From an uncultured Bacteroidia bacterium (lineage in GTDB: Bacteria; Bacteroidota; Bacteroidia; Bacteroidales; CAJPTX01): a DNA stretch of 64,000 bases. Below, piece by piece: positions 29,226-36,465 of the stretch. The DNA lies in contig CALHSW010000074.1 in the NCBI GenBank assembly GCA_938038735.1, positions 16,302-80,301 of the forward strand. The letters are read 5' to 3'. Position 1 is the first letter of the stretch, and every line of letters begins with the position of its first letter. A program made the translations under genes and the position numbers. The notes beneath the pieces are model-generated. The model did not search any database. It worked only from the letters and a program-made list of their open reading frames with translations, and was not told where the DNA came from.

Positions 29226-29587
29226 TACTTCTCAAACTGTTTGATAATTCTCCCGATAAAGTTGGCACTCTCGGGGTAGAGTTCAATCTCCCGCTTGAGT
29301 AGCGCCAGCCCCTCCTCTTTCTTCCCCTGCTTTAGCAACACGTAGCCATACTCAGCGCATATGCCCGGGGGTGGCGTTTTTCTAGTGCCCTTCGGCTCTT
29401 GAATAATCCGTGCGTATTCACGCAGGAGCTTCTCCTCGCTTTTCGGCGTTTGCTTCTTCTCCCACTCGTACGACTTCTCCTCGTACCCATACCACGAGTA
29501 TAGCTCCTTGGAGGAGCCGCACCCCGCCAGCCCAACCATTGCAATAAGGGCTAGCGCAATCAATGTTCCGAATCTTTGTTTTCGCAT
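29225..29587 (-). CDS. DUF4810-like lipoprotein
   Basis: Lipobox GLAGC, LYSWYGYEEKSYEW, and one TPR-like helix pair. Its stop overlaps the start of the DUF799 gene. Confidence 0.6.
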   Translation of the reverse strand: MRKQRFGTLIALALIAMVGLAGCGSSKELYSWYGYEEKSYEWEKKQTPKSEEKLLREYARIIQEPKGTRKTPPPGICAEYGYVLLKQGKKEEGLALLKREIELYPESANFIGRIIKQFEK

Positions 29588-29600
29588 TTCCGATTCCCTT

Positions 29601-29966
29601 TTAGGGTAGTAGCACCACCAACTTGACTTTCCCGGCAGAAAGGAAGACCTTTTGTTTGAAGAGTTCTGCGCCTTTTTGATCAGTCACAGCGACTTCGTGC
29701 GTGCCGGGAGTCACCACTATACGCTCCGCTTTGCGCGTTGCCTTGCTCTCCCTAACCGCCTTCACACCGCTTCGCGCCAGCGTGCCATCAACGTAGAGAT
29801 TAACCCTTTCGCCTATGTACCTGTCCCGTGCGGCGATTGCAATGCTTGCGTTATCTGCGTAGCCGCCCGTCATCGTGGCTGTCGACCCGCACCCTCCGAG
29901 CAGGAGTGGCAGCGCAAGCAGGGAGAAAGCCAAAGACAGTACCCGAATTATATTTTTCGTTGCCAT
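29601..29966 (-). CDS. Small lipoprotein, unknown function
   Basis: MATKNIIRVLSLAFSLLALPLLLGGC lipobox. The start is set at the Met 4 nt after the csgG-like stop. Confidence 0.55.
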   Translation of the reverse strand: MATKNIIRVLSLAFSLLALPLLLGGCGSTATMTGGYADNASIAIAARDRYIGERVNLYVDGTLARSGVKAVRESKATRKAERIVVTPGTHEVAVTDQKGAELFKQKVFLSAGKVKLVVLLP

Positions 29967-29970
29967 TGCG

Positions 29971-30873
29971 TTACTTCTTAACTTCTTGCACGTAATACTT
30001 TTCAAGCTGCGCAGCATCAAGCGTCCCCTCCGTCACGTTGACTACTGAAAACTCTGCGAGCGGGGAGTCGCCTAGCGTGGTCTCCACGGTGACACTGCCA
30101 ACCCGCTTGCCGGGTAGCTCTAGCATCACGCCCGTTTGCGGGTTCCTAACCTTTTTCCCCTGCATCATCACGTCAAACACATCGCCGGCCCGTAACCCCT
30201 GCGATGCGCCACCAGCAATAATAACGCCATCGCTATCGGCGCTGATAATGTAGGTGCGCCACGGCTTGTCAGAGCATTTATTGATGATGTTCTCCACGAG
30301 CTGATCCACCGCGCTAGAAATCGCCTTGTCGCTCAGCGTGGCATCGTAGCCCATCTTCCCGCCTAACCCAAGCGTGCTTTTGCTCGTCGTTTCTGCAAAG
30401 CCTTTCGCCTCCTCCGAGTAGATGGCCACCCCGGTTACCACGTCCACCAGCCGCACCGCCACGCCAGCCTCCACCGTTTGCGTCTTGGTGGCGGTAAAAA
30501 GATTATCCTTCCCCGTGGTCTTGCGCCCGAACTCAGTAATGGACCCAAGGATGAGGTAGTCCGCAGCCAGCCGATTTGACTCCTCGCCCGCATTCACCTC
30601 TGCGGAAAGCTTATCGGCATCCGCTCGTTCCAATAGGATAAATTTATTGGAAGCCACTAGCTTGGCGGAGAGTATGTCGTACGCCTGTTTAGCCATCGGG
30701 TCATTCTCCCTATCGTAAAAAATCCCCTTGCCGTACTGCGTTTCGTTGGAGAAACGCCCTATGGCCACCTTCCATTTAAGCGTTCTGCCCCCATCGTCCT
30801 GCGCCGTAGCCGTAGCGCAGATTGCCAGCAGAAACGTTAGCGACAGCCCAAGCTGAAAAACTAATCTTCTCAT
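29971..30873 (-). CDS. CsgG/HfaB-family outer-membrane lipoprotein/secretion-channel-like protein
   Basis: Signal peptide ...LLAICATATA|Q, KVAIGRFSNETQYGKG, LVASNKFILLERAD, DYLILGSITEFGRK. Alternative starts exist at 30915 and 30939. Confidence 0.7.
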   Translation of the reverse strand: MRRLVFQLGLSLTFLLAICATATAQDDGGRTLKWKVAIGRFSNETQYGKGIFYDRENDPMAKQAYDILSAKLVASNKFILLERADADKLSAEVNAGEESNRLAADYLILGSITEFGRKTTGKDNLFTATKTQTVEAGVAVRLVDVVTGVAIYSEEAKGFAETTSKSTLGLGGKMGYDATLSDKAISSAVDQLVENIINKCSDKPWRTYIISADSDGVIIAGGASQGLRAGDVFDVMMQGKKVRNPQTGVMLELPGKRVGSVTVETTLGDSPLAEFSVVNVTEGTLDAAQLEKYYVQEVKK

Positions 30874-30936
30874 TGCCTTGAATCGATGTCTTTTTCCTCC
30901 CGCCTTCTCCCGCATAAATAGCCCCTTACCCCTCCG

Positions 30937-30944
30937 CAAAGGTA
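30937..30944 (-). promoter_or_regulatory. -7 promoter box TACCTTTG (minus strand) for the csgG-like operon
   Basis: CAAAGGTA on the plus strand. It overlaps the longest-ORF start codon, which argues for a downstream start. Confidence 0.5.
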
Positions 30945-31254
30945 GAAATTTATTTTGATTTCCCGTGCGGTAAGAACGTCATGCGGGGAAACTGATTTGC
31001 ATCGCCCTCTTCGCCTTTTTTAACGGTGCATGCGCCCCACGTATGGCTGCCCATCTCCTCCACAACCTACATCCCCTCCCCTCGTCAGCATAGATTTTCG
31101 CCGCAATGCAGCCCTATCCGCAGAACGGTCTCCAATAGGACGAACCCGCATGACCCTTCGCCACAGCCTGCACACTATGCCTTTTCTAAATCCGGATGAA
31201 CCCGCACAAATTCTCCCATAAAATCCACATAAATTTTTGCAAACCGATGTAGCC

Positions 31255-31341
31255 CCGTCCGCAGGACGGTCTCTCAATAGCCGGGGGGGGTCAAACCCCG
31301 GATTCTCGCCTAAAAGGCGAGACAGTCTGAAAGACTGACCC
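31255..31341 (+). repeat. Four-hairpin ~88-nt repeat element, copy A1
   Basis: CCGTCCGCAGGACGG..AATAGCCGGGGGGGGTCAAACCCCGG..CGCCTAAAAGGCG..CAGTCTGAAAGACTGACCC. Confidence 0.8.
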
Positions 31342-31437
31342 GCATGACCCTAACCGCCTTCAATGGCATTGGAAACTAGGCGCGGGCAATCTCCAATTCC
31401 CCACAGTCTCGCACAGATTCTCACCGCCCATGCAGCT

Positions 31438-31526
31438 CCGTCCGCAGGACGGTCTCTCAATAGCCGGGGGTTTTCAAACCCTCGGTTCCTTGCCCACAAG
31501 GGCAAGCCTGTCTGAAAGACTGACCC
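31438..31526 (+). repeat. Four-hairpin repeat element, copy A2
   Basis: Same module order as A1 (CCGTCCGCAGGACGG / CCGGGGGTTTTCAAACCCTCGG / TTGCCCACAAGGGCAA / GTCTGAAAGAC). Confidence 0.8.
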
Positions 31527-31764
31527 GCATGACCTCGCACCATTGATGCCTCCGCAAGACCAATCATCCCAGCCGCAATAACTTGCACGCCCCGCCCGCA
31601 TAGATTTTCGCCGCAATGCAGCCCTATCCGCAGAACGGTCTCCAATAGGACGAACCCGCATGACCCTTCGCCACAGCCTGCACACTATGCCTTTTCTAAA
31701 TCCGGATGAACCCGCACAAATTCTCCCATAAAATCCGCATAAATTTTTGCAAACCGATGCAGCC

Positions 31765-31851
31765 CCGTCCGTAGGACGGTCTTTGAATAGCCGGGGGGGG
31801 GCAAACCCCGGATTCTTGCCTGAAAGGCAAGCCAGTCTGAAAGACTGACCC
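31765..31851 (+). repeat. Four-hairpin repeat element, copy A3
   Basis: CCGTCCGTAGGACGG...CAGTCTGAAAGACTGACCC, part of the second 510-bp unit. Confidence 0.8.
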
Positions 31852-31891
31852 GCATGACCTTAACCTCCTCCAATCCCCACGCAGAACGCAC

Positions 31892-31921
31892 AAAAAAGGG
31901 CGAGCCCTGCGGCTCGCCCTT
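31892..31921 (-). terminator. Rho-independent terminator of LRR gene 1
   Basis: On the minus strand, AAGGGCGAGCC-GCAG-GGCTCGCCCTT followed by TTTTTG, 22 nt after the stop at 31943. Confidence 0.75.
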
Positions 31922-31942
31922 TACCAAAACTCCTTTTTTCCC

Positions 31943-33661
31943 TCATTTCACCACGCGCAGCGTCCGCTCTCCATCGCTCGCCACCACCCGCACCACGTAC
32001 ACCCCGCTCGCCCAGCCCTGCGCATCGATCGCTACCCTCGGCTCTCCGCGCAGCGTCTCGGCATGCACCCGCGCGCCAACCACGCTGTACACCTCCACCC
32101 GCGCCGCGCGCTCCATCCCCTCCAGCTCCAGCGCCTCGCCTACGGGATTCCTCACCACCCGCACCCCAGCCAGCTGCACGCTCTCCACCGCCGTCTTGGG
32201 ATCCTTCGGGGTGCTGGGAGTGCTTTCCTCATTCTTCTTCCACACCGCCACCAGCGTGATGTCCTCCGTTACCTTCGTGTTGATGAAATCGTATTTCTCT
32301 TTCTCGCCCTTAAGCTGCCACCTCACGAAGGTGTAGCCCTTCTTGGTTGGCGCTGTCGGCTCGATCGCCGTACCGTTAGGCTTCACCAGCTGCTCCCCTA
32401 GCGTATGCCCCTTCCCATCCTGAAAGGTCACCTCGAAGCCCTCCTCAATCTTAGAAACCACTTCCCACCACTTTTTCCCATTCACCCTAATAGCCGACCT
32501 CTCATCCTGCCGCACGTATAGCGTTGCTGAGGAGGCAATCCCAAGAAATGCATCATCGCCTACGTTGCAATCTGCATCCGCGAGCCAGTAGATCGCCTTG
32601 AGCCGTCTGCAATTTTGGAAGGCCATCTCCGCTATCTCTGTCACGCTGCTGGGAATGGTCACCTCCGTCAGCCCTCTGCATTCATAAAATGCTGCCCACT
32701 CTATTGCTGTCACGCTGCTGGGGATGGTCACCTTCGTCAGCCCGCTGCAACCATAAAATGCTCCCCACACTATTGCTGTCACGCTGCCCGGGATGGTCAC
32801 CTCCGTTAGACTACTGCAATTTTCAAAAGCCCGCCCCCCTATTTTCGTCACGCTGCCCGGAATGGTCACCGCCGTCAAACCGCTGCAGCCATAAAATGCA
32901 CCAGCCTTAATTCCCTTCACGCTGCTAGGGATCTTGTAGTCTCCCGTCCGCTTCCCCGGGTAGCTCACAAGCGTATCCATATCCTTCCTGAAGAGTACAC
33001 CGCCAACTTGGCTGTAACTCGCATTTTTCTCCTCCACTTTGAATTCCGTCAGCTTTTTGCACTCAGAAAATGCAAAATCCCCTATCTCCCTTACGCTGCT
33101 GGATATGGACACCTCTTTCAGCCTGTCGCAATCTTGAAATGCCCCATTCCCTATCGTCTGCACGCCGCTAGGGAACTTCACCTCTGTCAGGTTATTGCAA
33201 TTGTTAAATGCACTTCCCCCTATCCTGGTCAATCCGTTAGGGAAATCCACCGCCTTCAGGTGGCAGTTCAAAAATGCACTTTCTCCTATCGTTGTCAATC
33301 CGGTAGAAAACTTCACCTTCTTCAGTCCAAAGCAACTTCTAAATGCACTTTTCCCTATCGCTTTCACGCTGTTCGGGATGTCCACGGCCTCTAGCGCGCT
33401 GCAACCATCAAATGCCTCCTGCGCTATCTCCACCACCGTTAAGTCCTTGACATCATCGGGAATATCCACCTTGGTGCCAATTGCATTTTTATCCTTTGGC
33501 TTAATCCTGCACGTTTTGTCTGCCTCTATCTCCTCGTACTCCCACGTCACGCCGTTCTTATCTGTGTAGTCATTCCATTGCGCTCCCCGCACAATCCCCA
33601 CGCCCGCCGCCGCAACCAGCAGCACCATCAAACCCAATCGTAATATGCCTCTCATTTTCAT
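31943..33661 (-). CDS. BspA-type leucine-rich-repeat surface protein with Listeria-Bacteroides repeat domain and T9SS C-terminal sorting domain
   Basis: Signal peptide (…VGIVRGA|QW), about 14 LRR_5-type repeats (IPxSVxxIGxxAFxxCxxLxxV), FEVTFQDG..GYTFVRW...ITLVAVW (Flg_new-like), and the C-terminal VVRNPVGEALELEG....VEVYSVVGARV......GVYVVRVV..DGERTLRVVK (Por/T9SS CTD). Confidence 0.85.
   Translation of the reverse strand: MKMRGILRLGLMVLLVAAAGVGIVRGAQWNDYTDKNGVTWEYEEIEADKTCRIKPKDKNAIGTKVDIPDDVKDLTVVEIAQEAFDGCSALEAVDIPNSVKAIGKSAFRSCFGLKKVKFSTGLTTIGESAFLNCHLKAVDFPNGLTRIGGSAFNNCNNLTEVKFPSGVQTIGNGAFQDCDRLKEVSISSSVREIGDFAFSECKKLTEFKVEEKNASYSQVGGVLFRKDMDTLVSYPGKRTGDYKIPSSVKGIKAGAFYGCSGLTAVTIPGSVTKIGGRAFENCSSLTEVTIPGSVTAIVWGAFYGCSGLTKVTIPSSVTAIEWAAFYECRGLTEVTIPSSVTEIAEMAFQNCRRLKAIYWLADADCNVGDDAFLGIASSATLYVRQDERSAIRVNGKKWWEVVSKIEEGFEVTFQDGKGHTLGEQLVKPNGTAIEPTAPTKKGYTFVRWQLKGEKEKYDFINTKVTEDITLVAVWKKNEESTPSTPKDPKTAVESVQLAGVRVVRNPVGEALELEGMERAARVEVYSVVGARVHAETLRGEPRVAIDAQGWASGVYVVRVVASDGERTLRVVK
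32639..32984. repeat. Five tandem 69-bp units inside LRR gene 1
   Basis: (G/T)TCACGCTGC recurs at 32639, 32708, 32777, 32846 and 32915, with an exact 69-nt (23-aa) period. Units 1 and 2 differ at about 7 of 69 positions by hand alignment. Confidence 0.85.
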
Positions 33662-33836
33662 GCCTCCTACTATTTATTTTTACTCCTCCATAAACTACAC
33701 CGCAAAGATGTGCAAATAATTTTCTAACGCAAAAAAACTGCATGATTTACGTAGAAAACCGTGAGGAAACCCGCATTCCACGGCTTCACGCTATCCAAAG
33801 AGACCCACCAAAGTACCTCCCCATTCGGATCAAATT

Positions 33837-33880
33837 CGCATCAAATTCGGATTTCTCCGGAGAAATCCGAATTTGATGCG
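33837..33880. repeat. Perfect 44-bp palindrome (22+22, no spacer)
   Basis: CGCATCAAATTCGGATTTCTCC|GGAGAAATCCGAATTTGATGCG, verified base by base. It lies 176 nt upstream of the LRR gene 1 start. Confidence 0.9.
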
Positions 33881-34034
33881 AAGGGGGTACGACTAAGGTG
33901 CAGACTACTAGCCCCTTGCAGCACGATGGGGGCAGCCACCTTTGTAATGTCTTCAGAAGTACGATATCTTACTGTAAATCAATTTATTGAACCTTAACGC
34001 TTGGGCGCAGGGAGCGGTTGTATAAACCTATTCG

Positions 34035-34042
34035 TACCTTTG
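34035..34042 (+). promoter_or_regulatory. -7 promoter box TACCTTTG ahead of the yeiH-like remnant
   Basis: Exact match 43 nt upstream of the ATG at 34085. Confidence 0.45.
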
Positions 34043-34084
34043 CGCCTGAAGGTCTTGTTTCGTTTAATAACATCTAAAACTCAT

Positions 34085-34309
34085 ATGAAAGCTCAACCAA
34101 TCAGCGCCCTGAACGGCGTAATGCTCATTGCGCTATTCTCTTTTTCTGCCTACTACATTGCAAGCTACCCGCTCTTTAAGCACCTCTCGTTCAGCCCAAT
34201 GATTATAGGTATTCTGCTCGGCATGCTCTACGCCAACACCCTACGCCTGCACCACAGCGAGGAAGAGGTAGCCGCAACCCCGAAAATTGGCAAGGATCCG
34301 AGGGGCTAA
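34085..34309 (+). pseudogene. 5' remnant of a YeiH/UPF0324-family membrane transporter gene, truncated
   Basis: MKAQPISALNGVMLIALFSFSAYYIASYPLFKHLSFSPMIIGILLGMLYANTL resembles the first ~55 aa of YeiH-family proteins (normally ~330 aa). The reading frame then runs into repeat-element sequence and stops. Confidence 0.55.
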
Positions 34310-34475
34310 AGCCCCCCGGCTATTGGGAGCCCGTCCTGCAGAAAGGAGCTTCGTGGTAGTGCGAATATAGATGCCTTTTATAATGCATAGGGCTATGCGG
34401 GTTCAGGGGGGTATTGCGGGCTGATTATGGCGAAGGGTCACGCAGGTCAGTCTGAGAGACTAATCCGCACCGCCA
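34280..34475 (-). repeat. Degenerate, reverse-oriented fragments of the same repeat family
   Basis: GGCAAGGATCCGAGGGGCTAAAGCCCCCCGGCTATTGGGAGCCCGTCC aligns with GGCGAGGATCCGGGGGTTTGAAGACCCCCGGCTATTGAGAGACCGTCC at 39348-39385. GGTCACGCAGGTCAGTCTGAGAGACT aligns with GGTCATGCGGGTCAGTCTTTCAGACT at 39298. Confidence 0.7.
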
Positions 34476-34558
34476 TTCCGCACCGCCCCTAACGTCCAAC
34501 TCGCACGGTAGCAACGATGGCTAAACGCGACGGAAGTAAGCACTATCCACTTTTTTTG

Positions 34559-34566
34559 TACCTTTG
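34559..34566 (+). promoter_or_regulatory. -7 promoter box TACCTTTG for dapA
   Basis: Exact match 52 nt upstream of the ATG at 34618. Confidence 0.55.
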
Positions 34567-34617
34567 CGCAAGGATGTATGAACAAATGGGTTATCGTCTG
34601 TAGGATTACAATAAACG

Positions 34618-35511
34618 ATGGAAAAGAGGCAATTGAAGGGGCTCGGCGTAGCACTGGTCACGCCGATGAAGGCGAATGGCGGCGTGGATAGCGAGGCCGC
34701 GAAGCGGGTGGTACGCTACGTTTTGGACAATGGGGCTGATTTTCTAGTGGCGCTCGGCACCACGGGCGAAGCCCCTACGCTCAATGCGCAGGAACAGAAT
34801 GAATTTGTGCGTCTCGTGGTTGGCACGGCGGCGGGCAGAGTCCCCATCGTGGTGGGCATGAGCGGCAATGATACGCGTACGCTCGTGGAGCGGCTCGAGG
34901 CGATGGATTGCACCGGCGTGGATTACATCCTCAGCGCGGTGCCAAGCTACAATAAGCCATCGCAGCAGGGCATTATTGAGCACTTCCGCCGCGTGGCAGC
35001 CGTAGCGCAGCGGCCCGTGGTGCTCTACAATGTGCCGGGGCGTACCGGGCGCAACATGACGGCACAAACCACCCTATGGCTCGCGGAGAATATTGACAAC
35101 CTCGCGGGCGTGAAGGAGGCGAGCGGCGACCTCGCGCAGGTGGAGGAAATTTTGGCTAAGCGGCCGGAAGGATTCGCCGTGCTCTCGGGCGATGATGCGC
35201 TTACGCTGCCCATGATGGCGGCGGGGGCAGAGGGGGTGATCTCGGTGATAGGGAATGCGCTGCCAAAGCGCTTCGGCAGCATGGTTCACGCCGCGCAGCG
35301 GGGCGATTTTGCCGAGGCGAAACGGGAACACCTATCGCTGCTCGAGATGTACAAGCTTCTCTTTGCTGAGAACAACCCCGCGGGCATTAAGGCGGCGCTG
35401 GCTGCCATAGGGCTGTGCGGAAACAACCTACGCCTGCCGCTTGTGCCGGTGAGCGCGGCGCTCTACCAGCGCATTGAGGCGCAGATGAAGGTGCTACAGC
35501 CTAAGGCGTAG
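34618..35511 (+). CDS. dapA: 4-hydroxy-tetrahydrodipicolinate synthase
   Basis: GLGVALVTPM, ALGTTGEAPTL, YNVPGRTG, GVKEASGD (catalytic Lys context). Confidence 0.92.
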   Translation: MEKRQLKGLGVALVTPMKANGGVDSEAAKRVVRYVLDNGADFLVALGTTGEAPTLNAQEQNEFVRLVVGTAAGRVPIVVGMSGNDTRTLVERLEAMDCTGVDYILSAVPSYNKPSQQGIIEHFRRVAAVAQRPVVLYNVPGRTGRNMTAQTTLWLAENIDNLAGVKEASGDLAQVEEILAKRPEGFAVLSGDDALTLPMMAAGAEGVISVIGNALPKRFGSMVHAAQRGDFAEAKREHLSLLEMYKLLFAENNPAGIKAALAAIGLCGNNLRLPLVPVSAALYQRIEAQMKVLQPKA

Positions 35512-35543
35512 CGGCAACACAACTCCTTTAGCGCAAAAGCGAC

Positions 35544-36461
35544 ATGGCGAAGGGTAAAGGGTCAATGTTTTTCTCCATATTCGCAAGGGGGGCGGCCATG
35601 GGGGCTGCCGAGGTGGTGCCCGGCGTTTCGGGGGGGACCATTGCGCTGCTCGTGGGCGTTTACGATCGGCTCATCGTGGCCATAAGCACCATCGCCTCGC
35701 CGGCAATAAAGGAGCTGCGGGGCAAGGGAGGGTTTGCGCGGTTCTGGAAGGCGATTGATGGCAACTTTTTGGTGTCGTTGCTGCTGGGTATGGGTGCTGC
35801 GGTTCTCCTATTTAGCAGGGTGCTTACTTCGCTTTTACTCAACTACCCAGTGCAGGTGTGGGCGGCTTTCTTTGGGCTGATAGTGGCCTCCATATGGCTC
35901 GTGGGGCGCGGCGTGCAGTGGGGCGTTGCGCCGGCCATTATGGCAGCCGTGGGCATAGCGGTTGGCTACTTAGTTTCCACTGCCGTGGGCGGGTCGTTGC
36001 CCGAAGGGGCTCTGGGGCTATTCATCGGGGGGGCAGTGGCCATATGCGCCATGATTCTGCCGGGCATTTCCGGGAGCTTCATCCTGCTCCTGCTGGGGCG
36101 CTACCATGAGGTGATAGGGGCGGTGAGCGTTTTGGATTTCGCCGTCCTCATTCCGTTTGCGCTGGGAGCGCTGATTGGGCTATTGGCGTTTTCGCACGTG
36201 CTATCGTGGTTTCTTAAACGCTACCACAATAGCACCATAGCGCTGCTGACTGGGTTTATGGCTGGCGCCATCGTTAAGGTGTGGCCGTGGCGAATGCAGG
36301 TGGGGGCGGAGCCGGGCCTCGATAGGGCCGTATCGCCCAGCGCGTACGCGGCAATGCACGGCGATTCGCATGTCGCGGTGGCCATTGCCATCGCGGTGGT
36401 GGCATGTGCGTTCGTATTAGTATTGGGGCACCTCGAGAACAGGAAGAAAGCGAAGGCATAA
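35544..36461 (+). CDS. DUF368 family membrane protein (family implicated in undecaprenyl-phosphate recycling)
   Basis: Duplicated PGVSGGT / PGISGS motifs (AAEVVPGVSGGTIALLVGVYDRLI; MILPGISGSFILLLLG) and about 8 TM helices. Confidence 0.8.
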   Translation: MAKGKGSMFFSIFARGAAMGAAEVVPGVSGGTIALLVGVYDRLIVAISTIASPAIKELRGKGGFARFWKAIDGNFLVSLLLGMGAAVLLFSRVLTSLLLNYPVQVWAAFFGLIVASIWLVGRGVQWGVAPAIMAAVGIAVGYLVSTAVGGSLPEGALGLFIGGAVAICAMILPGISGSFILLLLGRYHEVIGAVSVLDFAVLIPFALGALIGLLAFSHVLSWFLKRYHNSTIALLTGFMAGAIVKVWPWRMQVGAEPGLDRAVSPSAYAAMHGDSHVAVAIAIAVVACAFVLVLGHLENRKKAKA

Positions 36462-36465
36462 TGCG

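Larger units (their letters stand above)
31089..31874 (+). repeat. Tandem duplication with a 510-bp period (copy 1 homology 31089-31364, copy 2 31599-31874)
   Basis: About 276 bp near-identical by eye (CATAGATTTTCGCCGCAATGCAGCCCTATCCGCAGAACGG...CAGTCTGAAAGACTGACCCGCATGACC). The landmarks are offset by exactly 510 nt. Confidence 0.85.

Noticed and set aside
33761-33997. A 78-aa ORF spanning the 44-bp palindrome.
   Set aside because: The palindrome, and not any coding potential, explains the open frame. There is no promoter box and no recognisable protein features.
34476-34617. Possible lysine riboswitch upstream of dapA.
   Set aside because: The -7 box at 34559 leaves only a ~50-nt 5' UTR, too short for an L-box (~180 nt). 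The sequence upstream of the box belongs to the repeat family.
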